Of a stretch of DNA of 43,148 bases, positions 8,004 to 16,220 are shown piece after piece. Position 1 is the stretch's first letter. Every line of letters starts with the position of its first letter. Under the pieces are notes generated by a model, which saw nothing but the letters and a program-made list of their open reading frames with translations, was not told the origin of the DNA and searched no databases. The DNA lies in IMG/VR virus record IMGVR_UViG_3300033997_000066, positions 1-43,148 of that record; one strand, written 5' to 3'. The translations under genes were made by a program, and so were the position numbers. The stretch comes from a virus.

Positions 8004-8539
8004 TATTTCAGCCTCACGCGCACGATGGCGCCGAAAATGGACTTGCCGCAGGCTGCCTGCTTCTCGCGGCGAACTTCGGCGCGGTACAGGTCGCGCAGCT
8101 TCATCAGCTCAGCCACAGGGGTGCGGTACAGCTCGCGGTTGTTGATGCGGTAGCGGTCCTGGTCGATGGTGGAACGCTTTTCCAGCACCGCTTCGATGGC
8201 TTCCAGGCAGCGCTGCGCATGGCTGCGGCCGTCGAAGCCTGCGCCAGCGCTCGCCATGTCGGGCGTGATAGTCAGCTGGCCTTGCTCGATTTCGTGCACC
8301 TCAGTGCCGCGAGTGGCGCGCACGGTGAACCAGTAGTCGCCAGGCGCCCAGGTCGCGGTCACGTCGGCGCCAGCGTGCAGGCGGTGCTGGCTGCCATCGG
8401 CGGTGGCCTGCAAATCAATTGCGGATTTGCCACGCAGAAGCACCGACAGCGCCCATTCGGGCGCCGGGTATGCGATCAGTGTCACCAGGCGGTCGAAGGT
8501 CAGCCCCGCGCCGATTTTCTCAGGAAGTCTGCAGCTCAC
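8003..8539 (-). CDS. Head-tail joining gpW-like protein with an extra N-terminal domain
   Basis: 178 aa. The C-terminal ~65 aa (AQRCLEAIEAVLEKRS..YRINNRELYRTPVAELMKLRDLYRAEV) resembles 68-aa lambda gpW. Position between TerL and portal matches lambda. The GTG start is uncertain. Confidence 0.55.
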   Translation of the reverse strand: MSCRLPEKIGAGLTFDRLVTLIAYPAPEWALSVLLRGKSAIDLQATADGSQHRLHAGADVTATWAPGDYWFTVRATRGTEVHEIEQGQLTITPDMASAGAGFDGRSHAQRCLEAIEAVLEKRSTIDQDRYRINNRELYRTPVAELMKLRDLYRAEVRREKQAACGKSIFGAIVRVRLK

Positions 8540-8545
8540 TAGGCG

Positions 8546-10597
8546 TCACCAGCTGTTCACCCATCCACCGCCACGTCGCTTGCCAGGCTTCTGGCCCAGC
8601 GACTTGGCGCGCTTAATAGTGGGCTTAGTCTGCTGGGGTTGCGGCGCTGCATCCTCTTGGGCTTTTTCCACCTGCTCGGCGTTGTCGTTCGCGGGCGCCT
8701 CGGGCTTCGGTAGCGGTGCCGGCTTCCTGCGCTGGACTGCTGCAGGCGCGGCCTGGCCCAAGCGCTCGGCAAGGCGTTTAAACGATGGGTTCATGATCTT
8801 CAGCGCCGCGTATGCGTACACGCGGCAGTCCAAGCCTTCGTTTCGCGCGCGGTCGGGCTTGTGCCACTCGCGCACCGGCTGGCCCTTGATGTAGCGGGTG
8901 ACCAGCTTTTCAGCCGTCAGCTGCTTATACCAGTCTTCGTCACGGTCGTTCGGGGTGTGGCAGTAGCCGCCACCACCAGGCTGCTTGGCGCCGACAGTGG
9001 ACGCCAGGCGGCGCATGACAATCAGCTTGGCTTCGTCAACGCCGACCAGGAACAGGTCAACTTTCCGCGCGTTCTTGCCCGACTGCTTGCGCTGCGGCTT
9101 CTCCACGATGGGCTTGCCCCAGCCTGGCACGCCCTTGCCCGCGAACAGGCGGCGACCGGTGCGACCCTTGGCGTAGTCGTAGGCCGCCTGGGTCATGCCG
9201 TTGCTGCCGCCAGTGTCCAGCAGGGCAGCGCTGATGGGCAGGTGGGCGCCGCTTTCGTGCTGGTAGGTGGACGCCAGCAGGTCGTCCAGGTCTTCCCACA
9301 CGTCGCCTTGCTCGGGTGCGCCCCACAGCACGTAATAGGCCACAGACCACGATTCCTCACCGACGCCCCAGGCCACCACCTCAACTTCCAGGCGGTCCAT
9401 CTGCTGGTCAATGCCTGCGGTCAGGTACAGGCCACCGGCCGGCACTTCGGCGCGGTATTCTTCGGCGCGAGCCATTAGCCCTGTGGGGTCTGCCTTCTCG
9501 CCCTTTTCTTCGTAGGTTTCGGCCAGGCTGACGTTGACGAACGACTGCAGGTCGTCCACCGCCAGCTTGTCCAGGTACGACTGCACAATGTCGCGCAGAC
9601 GCCGGAACGTTGAAAGCATTTCAGGTGCGTGGAAGCTGGCGTGGCCCTTGAACGGCTTGGCGGCCTTCCAGCCGGCGCCCAGCTTCTCGGCGTTGCGAAT
9701 GGCTGCGATGCGCTCGCCGTCGTCCCAGTAGGCGCCGCAGCTTTCGCAGGCGTACAGGGCTGTGTCGGGTTCGTGCTCGCGCCCCTTGTCGTATTCGGCG
9801 TCGGCAATGCCGGTGGACTGCCGGCCCTTCCAGGTGACGTTTTCCCACTTCAGGTACTGGTGGTGCTGGCAGTGCGGGCACGGCACGTAATAGCGCCGCT
9901 GGTCGCCTTCCAGAAAACCGGTTTCGATCCGGCTGGCGCCCTTGATGGTTGGTGTGCTGGACCTGGTGGACAGGGCGTCATCGCCGAAGGTGGCGGCACG
10001 CTGCGCCAGCAGCTCTACCGGGTCGCCTTCGGCCGTGGCTTCCATGCCGTCCACTTCGTCGGCCTGGGTGATGGGCGCCGAACGGCCGCGCAGGGTCTTG
10101 GGCGAGCCTGCCCAGCTGAACATCAGCCACCCGCCGATGTACGAAATGATGCGACTGTTGTTCACGCCCTCACGGCCGCGCTGCTTGGCCATCTTGCTGC
10201 TGATGGACGGGTTGGCGTCCAGCATGGGGCGCAGCTTCGTTTCCTGGAACGTCTGCACGTCGCCCTGCGTCGGCTGCACGAATATCTGCGAACGCGGTTC
10301 GTGCGCGATGAAATAGCCGGTGATGCACTGCTGAATGGTGGTCTTGCCCAGCTGGGCGCCGGTCATGTAGTCGGCGCGCCTGATGCCTGGTTCTTTCACC
10401 ACGTCCAGCATGCCGCGCTGATAGGGCGCGTTATCGAACCGTATAGGCCCCGGCTTCGCGTTGCCCACCGGAATGCGCACGTTGTCTTCAGCCCACTGGC
10501 TCGGCAGCATCCTTGCCGGTGGCACCAGGTTCTGCATGGCGCGGTGCATTGCTGCCACCACGCCGCGCAGGTTGCTGAACTGGTGGGCCTTAGCCAT
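8546..10597 (-). CDS. Terminase large subunit (lambda gpA family)
   Basis: 683 aa. The N-terminus (..LPSQWAEDNVRIPVGNAKPGPIRFDNAPYQRGMLD...MTGAQLGKTT) is a GpA-type Walker A region. It ends in a Pro/Lys-rich C-terminal tail. Confidence 0.95.
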   Translation of the reverse strand: MAKAHQFSNLRGVVAAMHRAMQNLVPPARMLPSQWAEDNVRIPVGNAKPGPIRFDNAPYQRGMLDVVKEPGIRRADYMTGAQLGKTTIQQCITGYFIAHEPRSQIFVQPTQGDVQTFQETKLRPMLDANPSISSKMAKQRGREGVNNSRIISYIGGWLMFSWAGSPKTLRGRSAPITQADEVDGMEATAEGDPVELLAQRAATFGDDALSTRSSTPTIKGASRIETGFLEGDQRRYYVPCPHCQHHQYLKWENVTWKGRQSTGIADAEYDKGREHEPDTALYACESCGAYWDDGERIAAIRNAEKLGAGWKAAKPFKGHASFHAPEMLSTFRRLRDIVQSYLDKLAVDDLQSFVNVSLAETYEEKGEKADPTGLMARAEEYRAEVPAGGLYLTAGIDQQMDRLEVEVVAWGVGEESWSVAYYVLWGAPEQGDVWEDLDDLLASTYQHESGAHLPISAALLDTGGSNGMTQAAYDYAKGRTGRRLFAGKGVPGWGKPIVEKPQRKQSGKNARKVDLFLVGVDEAKLIVMRRLASTVGAKQPGGGGYCHTPNDRDEDWYKQLTAEKLVTRYIKGQPVREWHKPDRARNEGLDCRVYAYAALKIMNPSFKRLAERLGQAAPAAVQRRKPAPLPKPEAPANDNAEQVEKAQEDAAPQPQQTKPTIKRAKSLGQKPGKRRGGGWVNSW
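8652..8669 (-). repeat. 18-mer GGAAAAAGCCCAAGAGGA, copy inside the TerL C-terminal tail
   Basis: Plus strand reads tcctcttgggctttttcc. It is read in frame as E-K-A-Q-E-D (..EQVEKAQEDAAPQ..). Confidence 0.95.
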
Positions 10598-11795
10598 GGG
10601 CCACGGCCTTGACGGCGGCCAGGTCGATCATGGCCGGGTTCACAGTGTGCCTGGCCACCTCGCCGAACTGGTCGTGCAGAACTATGCACTTCATGTCGCG
10701 CGGCGCGCGGTAGCCGCCCCAGTGCGCGTAGGCGTCTTTCGCGGCCAGCGTGCGGAAGCTTTCGACCGATACGCCTGGGTAATCCTTCAGCGACTGGTGG
10801 TGCACGTGGCCAATCCACCAGTAACGGTGCTCAGTCTCGCCCCAGTCCTTGGCGCGGTCAGCGGCCATGACGCCAGGCAGGCGTTCGGCCTTGCAGCTGT
10901 GGCCGTGGTGGCAGCCCACCAGGGTCTTGCCGTGGCGGAAATACTGGAACCCGCTAGGGCTGGTTTCCACGGTCACGCGCGGTTCGTTCGCGTAGACGTT
11001 CGCCAGGCAGATGGCCAGCATGATGCTGCCGGTGTCGTCGTGGTTGCCAATGACGTTGATAACCCGCACGTGGCCGTGCTTGGTCAGCGCGGATTCGATG
11101 CACTGGCGCATGATCTTGACGCCCACGCGGGCCATCTTCGAATAGCGGCCGTCAGTGTCTAGGCTGTGCCCGCTGCGAGTGGTGACGCCTTCCATGTTGT
11201 CGTAGTGGAACCAGTCGCCCAGGTTGATGATGGTTGCCTGCTCGCAGGCTGGCGACAGCTGCACCAGGCGGTCCATGGCGGCGCACTGGATGGCTTCGGC
11301 CAGCTCCAGGTTCCAGTCGTCGCCGGTTTCCTCGGGCCAGGACAGCATGCCCACGTGCAGGTCGCCGATGGGGTAGCAGGCCATCAGCCGGCCGTCAGTG
11401 TCGCCAGGGCGATCAGCTCGCGCGGGCAGGGCAGGCAGACCAGCGGCCATGGCCTGGATGCCTTCCTGGATGATTTCGGCCTGGCGCTGTTGGTCAATGC
11501 TGGTCTTGACCCACTGACCAGTCGGCTTGCCTTCCTTGTTGTAGTAGGTGCTCACGCCCTTGACGTGGTATCCGTCCGGCGCCACGCGCTGCATGTCGTG
11601 GTCGGGCGAATAGCCCTGGCGCGCGGCCTTTTTCTTCACGGCTTCCAGGGCGCCCCACACGGCGCGGCTGTCGATGCCCAGTTGCTCGCCGGCTTTCTTG
11701 GTGCTGCCGTGTTCCCAGTACGCCTGCAGGCACTCGGCCTGGCGCGGGGTGGCGAACTGCAGCAGGTTGTCGTCGCGCTCGGTAGTCTTGTTCAT
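10590..11795 (-). CDS. HTH domain fused to a calcineurin-like metallophosphoesterase
   Basis: 401 aa. The N-terminal HTH is TPRQAECLQAYWEHGSTKKAGEQLGIDSRAVWGAL. Phosphoesterase motifs appear in order: GDLHVG, GDWFHYDN, GNHDD, GHHGH, GHVHH. ATGA overlap with the TerS stop and 8-nt overlap with the TerL start. Confidence 0.8.
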   Translation of the reverse strand: MNKTTERDDNLLQFATPRQAECLQAYWEHGSTKKAGEQLGIDSRAVWGALEAVKKKAARQGYSPDHDMQRVAPDGYHVKGVSTYYNKEGKPTGQWVKTSIDQQRQAEIIQEGIQAMAAGLPALPARADRPGDTDGRLMACYPIGDLHVGMLSWPEETGDDWNLELAEAIQCAAMDRLVQLSPACEQATIINLGDWFHYDNMEGVTTRSGHSLDTDGRYSKMARVGVKIMRQCIESALTKHGHVRVINVIGNHDDTGSIMLAICLANVYANEPRVTVETSPSGFQYFRHGKTLVGCHHGHSCKAERLPGVMAADRAKDWGETEHRYWWIGHVHHQSLKDYPGVSVESFRTLAAKDAYAHWGGYRAPRDMKCIVLHDQFGEVARHTVNPAMIDLAAVKAVAHG

Positions 11796-12313
11796 TCGGC
11801 GGCTTCGTCTTCGTCGTCTTCGTCGTCGCCCAGGTCAATGTCGGCCTCGGCAGCTGTCACCAGCGCCAGGTCGATTTCGTCCATAAGCGTGTTTTTGAAT
11901 TCCAGTTCGTCGGTGCAGCCCAGCAACCGCAGCACCGCACGACCTGGAACGTTGCGCATGTTGGCGCGGATGGCTGCCATGGCGGCCGCCTGGGCGCGCT
12001 CCATTTCGCGAACCGGCGCCACCTCGCCCTTTTCCTTGGCCAGCTCCAGTTCGGCGCGCTCGGCTTCGGCTGCCAGCTTGCGGCGCTTCAGCTCGGTTTC
12101 ATCTGCCAGGGCGGTGCCGCTCCCTTCCTGCCTGGCCTTCTCGCGCAGGAACGTGGCAACGTCCGCTGAATTGAATTCACTTGCGACGCCGCGCTGACCT
12201 TTCTTTACAGGGCAACCAGCACGCACCCAGCCGTCAACCGTCGGCGGCGTGACGCCAAAAAACGCCGCAACCTCGCCCCGGTTAAGGGTTTGGCCCTTGC
12301 CTTTGCTAGCCAT
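11792..12313 (-). CDS. Terminase small subunit (Nu1-like wHTH)
   Basis: 173 aa. LNRGEVAAFFGVTPPTVDGWVRAGCPV..G.RGV..EF parallels the lambda Nu1 N-terminus. It also has a coiled coil and an acidic tail. Confidence 0.85.
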   Translation of the reverse strand: MASKGKGQTLNRGEVAAFFGVTPPTVDGWVRAGCPVKKGQRGVASEFNSADVATFLREKARQEGSGTALADETELKRRKLAAEAERAELELAKEKGEVAPVREMERAQAAAMAAIRANMRNVPGRAVLRLLGCTDELEFKNTLMDEIDLALVTAAEADIDLGDDEDDEDEAAE

Positions 12314-12469
12314 AAATTTTCCTGATGAAGATTGGTGTTCTAATCAATAATCCGAATTTCAAACGGCACGCAGATATGGGTTTTCGCGGAGTCTTTGCCC
12401 CCGCAGGCCATATGCCGCCCGGAAGGACCCGCCGAGAACACGCATAGCGCGCCTGTCAATCCCTTTCTG
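12314..12469. other. Putative cos (packaging site) region
   Basis: Non-coding gap between the Rz stop and the Nu1-like start. In lambda this is where cos lies. The gap is partly AT-rich (12314..12370). No cosN sequence could be identified by eye. Confidence 0.3.
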
Positions 12470-13009
12470 CTACCGTTCATCGCCTGCCGACGAACGGTCA
12501 TCGCTCGCCCTCACTGCATCGTATGCCCGCTCACACGCACGCCCGCGCTCTATGGCTTGGTCAGCAACTCCAGCCAGGTGGCCCGCTCTTGAGTCAGCGC
12601 GCTTGAGCACGTCGGCAAGCAATCGGGCGTCCTTGGAAGCTGCCTTGCTTGCGTCGGTAGTGCAGGCACTGACGCGGGCTTGACTGTCTGCCAGTCGGGC
12701 TGCGAGACGGTCAGCTGCTTGCTGCACGCTCCCAGCAAGGGCAGCAGCATCAGCAGCATCAGCATGGGCACGGTCGATTGCCTGTTGTGCATCTTGGGTC
12801 ACCTTGTCGATGGAGTGTTGCCGGGCAGTCTCAATGGCGCGTTGCTCGGCCTGTGCCTGTGCGGTCTTGGTGGCGTCTTCTGCCAGGTGGGCATTCCACT
12901 TGGCCTGCCATTCGGAGTTGGTCACCTTCACGCCGTGCGAGTAGGTGGCATAAAGCCCAGCCAGCACCATCAGCACCGGCCCGATGTAACGCAGCAGAAA
13001 GTCGCCCAT
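12470..13009 (-). CDS. i-spanin (Rz-like)
   Basis: An N-terminal TM segment (FLLRYIGPVLMVLAGLYATY) is followed by an Ala/Gln-rich coiled coil. ATG 13009 overlaps the endolysin stop (TGATG). Confidence 0.7.
   Translation of the reverse strand: MGDFLLRYIGPVLMVLAGLYATYSHGVKVTNSEWQAKWNAHLAEDATKTAQAQAEQRAIETARQHSIDKVTQDAQQAIDRAHADAADAAALAGSVQQAADRLAARLADSQARVSACTTDASKAASKDARLLADVLKRADSRAGHLAGVADQAIERGRACERAYDAVRASDDRSSAGDER
12550..12792 (-). CDS. o-spanin (Rz1-like lipoprotein) embedded in Rz in another frame
   Basis: Lipobox signal MLMLLMLLPLLGAC followed by a Pro-rich mature part. It is fully nested inside Rz. Confidence 0.7.
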   Translation of the reverse strand: MHNRQSTVPMLMLLMLLPLLGACSKQLTVSQPDWQTVKPASVPALPTQARQLPRTPDCLPTCSSALTQERATWLELLTKP

Positions 13010-13518
13010 CACTGCACCGCCATGCACTGGTTGTACCGCTTCAGCTGCCGCGACCACACGCCAGGGCAGCGCTTATTGCCAGGGGTGCTGCAGTCGTACC
13101 CAGCAGCGAACCGATACCGCAGTAGCGCCTTGCACGCTGCCACGTAGTTGCCGGCCTGCAGCTGGCGACGCATGGACGATTGCCGCCAGTTGCCCATGCC
13201 GTACTGCCCGACGAAATCCAGGTACAGGTCGTATTCCTCTTGGTGCAGCTTCACACCAGGCAAGGTGGCCGCAAATGCCTTTTCGTCCTGCGCCATCAGG
13301 TTGCGAGCCAAGACCGCTGCACGCTCGCGGGTGATGGTGTCGCCCATCTTCACGCGGGTGCCGTCTTCGTAGCGGGTAGAGCCATGGCCGATGGTGGGCA
13401 CGTCGCCCTTGGTGGGGATGATGGCCTGGCTGGTGTAGCCTTCGCTGGCCTGCCATCCGGCAAACCCTGCAGCACTGATGGACAGCGCCGCCACGATGAT
13501 GCGGTTGCGGATACTCAC
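13009..13518 (-). CDS. SAR endolysin, GH24 (T4/P21-type lysozyme)
   Basis: N-terminal weak TM segment IIVAALSISAAGFAGW, then the catalytic pattern EGYTSQAIIPTKGDVPTIGHGST (E-8-D-5-T). I place the start at GTG 13518, overlapping the holin stop (GTGA), not at the track start 13572. Confidence 0.9.
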   Translation of the reverse strand: MSIRNRIIVAALSISAAGFAGWQASEGYTSQAIIPTKGDVPTIGHGSTRYEDGTRVKMGDTITRERAAVLARNLMAQDEKAFAATLPGVKLHQEEYDLYLDFVGQYGMGNWRQSSMRRQLQAGNYVAACKALLRYRFAAGYDCSTPGNKRCPGVWSRQLKRYNQCMAVQ

Positions 13519-13706
13519 TTTAGCCACCCGCGAGCAACGAAGAACTGGCGAACAAAGCGCTTCCACGCCCATTCACCGATCAGGATTGCGGAATAGCAGA
13601 AGGCCAGGAAACTGGCAGCTTCTGCCCACGAAGTGATGCCGACTGCTGCCCATGCGGTCGCAACTTTGGCGACTGGGGCGGCGATAGTTTGGGCTTGATC
13701 GTTCAT
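13515..13706 (-). CDS. Holin (two-TM, pinholin-like)
   Basis: 63 aa with two hydrophobic helices and a basic C-terminus. It lies immediately upstream of the SAR endolysin. ATGA overlap with the Mor-like stop. Confidence 0.65.
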   Translation of the reverse strand: MNDQAQTIAAPVAKVATAWAAVGITSWAEAASFLAFCYSAILIGEWAWKRFVRQFFVARGWLK

Positions 13707-14155
13707 TGACTGGTGCGCGCCAGGTTGTTGAATACTGGCGAAGTGTTGTCGTTCGCCGCCTGTAATTCCTCTTGGGCTTTTTCCCGCATCAGGTTGCGCA
13801 CGTGACGGTCAGAACAGCCCATCAGCTCGGCCACGTCTTTGGCCTTCATGCCGCTGCTTGCCATGTCGATGATGGCGCGGTCACGGAACGCGCGGTAAAC
13901 CTCGGTGCAGCTGGCCGGGTTCAGTATCTCGCCACCGAACGCATCAACCAGGCGCTGCGCGTCGTGCCACCCAAGCAGCTGCACCAACTGATGGTCAGGC
14001 TTCAGGGTCTTGGGCACGTACAGGATGACATGCCAACTGGTCTGCTTGCTGTTCTTGCGGGTCTGGTAGGAGCGTGGCAGCTGGCCAATCAAGTATAACG
14101 CACGTTCACGCCCGATAACGTCGGCTATCTCTTGAGCACTCGCAGGTAATCGCAC
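13703..14155 (-). CDS. Mor/C-family late transcription activator
   Basis: 150 aa. FGGEILNPASCTEVYRAFRDRAIIDMASSGMKAKDVAELMGCSDRHVRNLMRE matches the Mu Mor pattern GG..vYiP....RD..I......G.....La...g.s...V. It is the first gene of the late cluster. GTG start with AAGGGG 7 nt upstream. Confidence 0.7.
   Translation of the reverse strand: MRLPASAQEIADVIGRERALYLIGQLPRSYQTRKNSKQTSWHVILYVPKTLKPDHQLVQLLGWHDAQRLVDAFGGEILNPASCTEVYRAFRDRAIIDMASSGMKAKDVAELMGCSDRHVRNLMREKAQEELQAANDNTSPVFNNLARTSQ
13767..13784 (-). repeat. 18-mer GGAAAAAGCCCAAGAGGA, copy inside the 3' part of the Mor-like gene
   Basis: Plus strand reads tcctcttgggctttttcc. It is read in frame as E-K-A-Q-E-E (..LMREKAQEELQAAN..). Confidence 0.95.
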
Positions 14156-14238
14156 GTCACGCCCCTTGTGTTTATCTGTTTGTCTAGTGGGGCAATTGTA
14201 CCAAATACTGGCGATGTGCTGTATAGAAATTGTTCAGT

Positions 14239-14488
14239 TGGGACAAGGTGGGACAAGCCTTGTCCCTGCTGAAACCCTTGATTTAGAAGGGCTGCAGCCG
14301 ATTTGGGACCAAGTGGGACTAGAATTGCATAGAGATAGGTAACCGTTCCCCTGTTCTCTGTACGCTTACCTATTTCTTTTAAATACTTGTCCCAAGTAGT
14401 CCCAAATGGCAGAAAAGCCTTATAAATCAGGCATTTGATGTGGGACCAGCACCTGTTTTGCTTGTCCCAAATTGGGACCAGTTGGGAC
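14239..14488. repeat. Iteron cluster: TGGGAC x7 forward, GTCCCA x3 reverse, plus one GTCCC, in an AT-rich non-coding gap
   Basis: Forward copies start at 14239, 14249, 14304, 14314, 14441, 14473 and 14483. Reverse copies start at 14389, 14399 and 14464. A partial copy is at 14262. Copies are mostly paired at 10-11 bp spacing, e.g. TTGGGACAAGGTGGGACAAG. GGGACAAG-C-CTTGTCCC forms an inverted repeat at 14250..14266. Confidence 0.85.
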
Positions 14489-14543
14489 CACCGATGGATG
14501 CCGCACGCTCGCCGCACCGGCCTGGTGGCAAATCGCGCGCATG

Positions 14544-14567
14544 AAAAACCCCGCACTGGGCGGGGTT
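14544..14567 (-). terminator. Intrinsic terminator ending the leftward early operon
   Basis: Minus strand reads AACCCCGC-CCAGT-GCGGGGTT followed by TTTTTC. Confidence 0.7.
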
Positions 14568-14585
14568 ATTGGTTGGTGTTGACGG

Positions 14586-14795
14586 TCAGCGGGTTGTCGG
14601 TGGGGCAGGGATGCGCATGCCGTGCTTGTCGTAACCGCTCACGCGCAGATAGCTGCCGCGATACAGCGCGTCTTCGTTGCAGGTCATGTTGCCAGGTGTG
14701 CGGGCCTTCTGCATCCAGGAATCAAGCGCGAATTTCTCGGCGCCTGTTTCCGCCATCAGTGTGATGACGCCGTGTTCATCCATCTGTGCTTTCAT
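14586..14795 (-). CDS. Hypothetical protein (69 aa)
   Basis: Internal ATG of the track ORF 14586..15014, with GGGGGAG 6 nt upstream. The longer version would overlap the HD gene. Confidence 0.5.
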   Translation of the reverse strand: MKAQMDEHGVITLMAETGAEKFALDSWMQKARTPGNMTCNEDALYRGSYLRVSGYDKHGMRIPAPPTTR

Positions 14796-14874
14796 GCTCG
14801 CTCCCCCTTCGGCCACTGCTTGCGCTTGCGCCCATGCGGCCGGATGAACACCAGGTACAGCCATGCCAGGCGGA

Positions 14875-15405
14875 TCATGCTGCACGCTCCAGCTGCAGCA
14901 TGGTGAAGTGGGTAAGAAACGACAGCTCAGCGTCGAACATCCGCCACGGCAGCACCCGGTCAGCGAAGGGCTCGACGCCCTCAAGCACCTGCCATTGGTC
15001 GGGATGCTCGGCAATCAGGTCGCGTTTCTCCGTCGCCAGTGCACGCAGGTCAGCCACCTTAATGGCGCCGACGTTGCCGCAGGTCAGGCCGAACTTTTCT
15101 TCAATGACCTGTTCAATGCGGCGTTCCACGTCTTTCAGCTCAGGGATAACCCATTTGATTGGGCTGGCAATGTCTCCGATGTAGGCTTCAGCCGCGTCGT
15201 GCAGCAGTGCTTCCAGGCGCAGGTCAGCGGGCACGTTCTGCGCCACCAGGATGCTGTGCTGGGCGACGCTGTAGTGCGCATAGGTGTGGCCGTTAAAACG
15301 GCAGATTCGCGCCAGTGAATGCGCAATGTCGCGAATGTCGATCATGTCCGGCGTGGGGTTGAGAATGTCGAACCGCTTGCCGGTGTGGGTGATTATCCAG
15401 GACAC
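14875..15405 (-). CDS. HD-domain phosphohydrolase (YfbR-like 5'-nucleotidase type)
   Basis: 176 aa. The pattern is H..RF.GH...YSVAQHS...LLHDAAEAYIGDI. GTG start with GAGGAAAGGA upstream. Confidence 0.8.
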   Translation of the reverse strand: MSWIITHTGKRFDILNPTPDMIDIRDIAHSLARICRFNGHTYAHYSVAQHSILVAQNVPADLRLEALLHDAAEAYIGDIASPIKWVIPELKDVERRIEQVIEEKFGLTCGNVGAIKVADLRALATEKRDLIAEHPDQWQVLEGVEPFADRVLPWRMFDAELSFLTHFTMLQLERAA

Positions 15406-15460
15406 GTTCCTTTCCTCAGTAGGTGGGCGCCAGCTGCGGCGCCCTGGTGGTTGTTGTCGA

Positions 15461-15838
15461 TCAGTGAACGCTGCCAGACTCAGGGAAGAACGCCTGCAGC
15501 CTCATGGCGCGCAACTGGTCGGCACGCTGCACAGCCATGGCCGATGCCACTTCGCCCTGACCTGCCATCGTGGCCTGGATGACTTCGGCCAGCGCTTCTT
15601 CCTTGGAAGGGAAGTGCGAACCGACAGCCACGGCGCTGTGGCCGTCCTTGCGCTGGGTGTGACCGATGATGAACGAGAACGGCAGGCGGTGTTCCCTGCA
15701 GGCGTCCACTACTTGCTGAAGCAGCGGAACGACGTGCTCCATGTAGGCGGCGAAGCGGTCGTATTCCTGCGGGTTGCACGCGGCCCAGTCTGCCAGGTCG
15801 AAACCTTCTTCGCTTTGGTGTTTGGTCTTCATGTCCAT
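15461..15838 (-). CDS. Hypothetical protein
   Basis: I prefer the start MDMKTK at 15838, with AAGAAAGAGGAAACA upstream. The identical 15-nt RBS block also precedes the gene at 24253. Confidence 0.5.
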   Translation of the reverse strand: MDMKTKHQSEEGFDLADWAACNPQEYDRFAAYMEHVVPLLQQVVDACREHRLPFSFIIGHTQRKDGHSAVAVGSHFPSKEEALAEVIQATMAGQGEVASAMAVQRADQLRAMRLQAFFPESGSVH

Positions 15839-15953
15839 GGGTGTTTCCTCTTTCTTCGTTGGGCTTGCCATCATCAGCGGGCTGGTAGCCATCCAGTCCC
15901 GGACAACCGGCCTGCACCACCGAAGTGGCCGGCCGGAGTTTCGGCGGGGTTGG

Positions 15954-16190
15954 TTACGGCAGCAGCTCGCCCAGTTCGACGCCGCGCTGGTGGTAGGTTT
16001 CGCGGGCTTGCTCGCGGTGTGCCTGGTATCGGTCCAGTGCTTCGCGCAGGGCCTTGCGCATTTCCTCGGCGCTCAGCTTGTCGAATTGCAGGATGGTGTC
16101 CAAGTCGCCAGCCAGGTTTACGCCGGCCACACTGGTGCTGTTGGAGCGCTGATGCAGGGCTTGGATTTTCTGAAGTTCGGTGGCTGCCAT
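15954..16190 (-). CDS. Hypothetical protein (78 aa, helical)
   Basis: ATG with GGAGGG upstream. It is the first ORF after intergenic element A. Confidence 0.5.
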   Translation of the reverse strand: MAATELQKIQALHQRSNSTSVAGVNLAGDLDTILQFDKLSAEEMRKALREALDRYQAHREQARETYHQRGVELGELLP

Positions 16191-16220
16191 CGTCTTGCCC
16201 TCCAGGGCGTTATTCGTTTC

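Noticed and set aside
12395-12592. 65-aa plus-strand ORF in the putative cos gap
   Set aside because: It is in the wrong orientation for the surrounding late operon, has no RBS and overlaps the Rz 3' end.
14125-14556. 143-aa minus-strand ORF covering the AT-rich gap
   Set aside because: Its sequence is a by-product of the TGGGAC iterons (recurring VP.WD, SH.VPT and GT.WDK pieces). It has no RBS and would start inside the terminator. I treat the region as non-coding.
15425-15444. GC-rich hairpin GGGCGCC-N6-GGCGCCC between 15461 and the HD gene (similar one at 29305..29326)
   Set aside because: No U-tract follows on either strand. It may be an mRNA structure, but the evidence is too weak to call a terminator or regulator.
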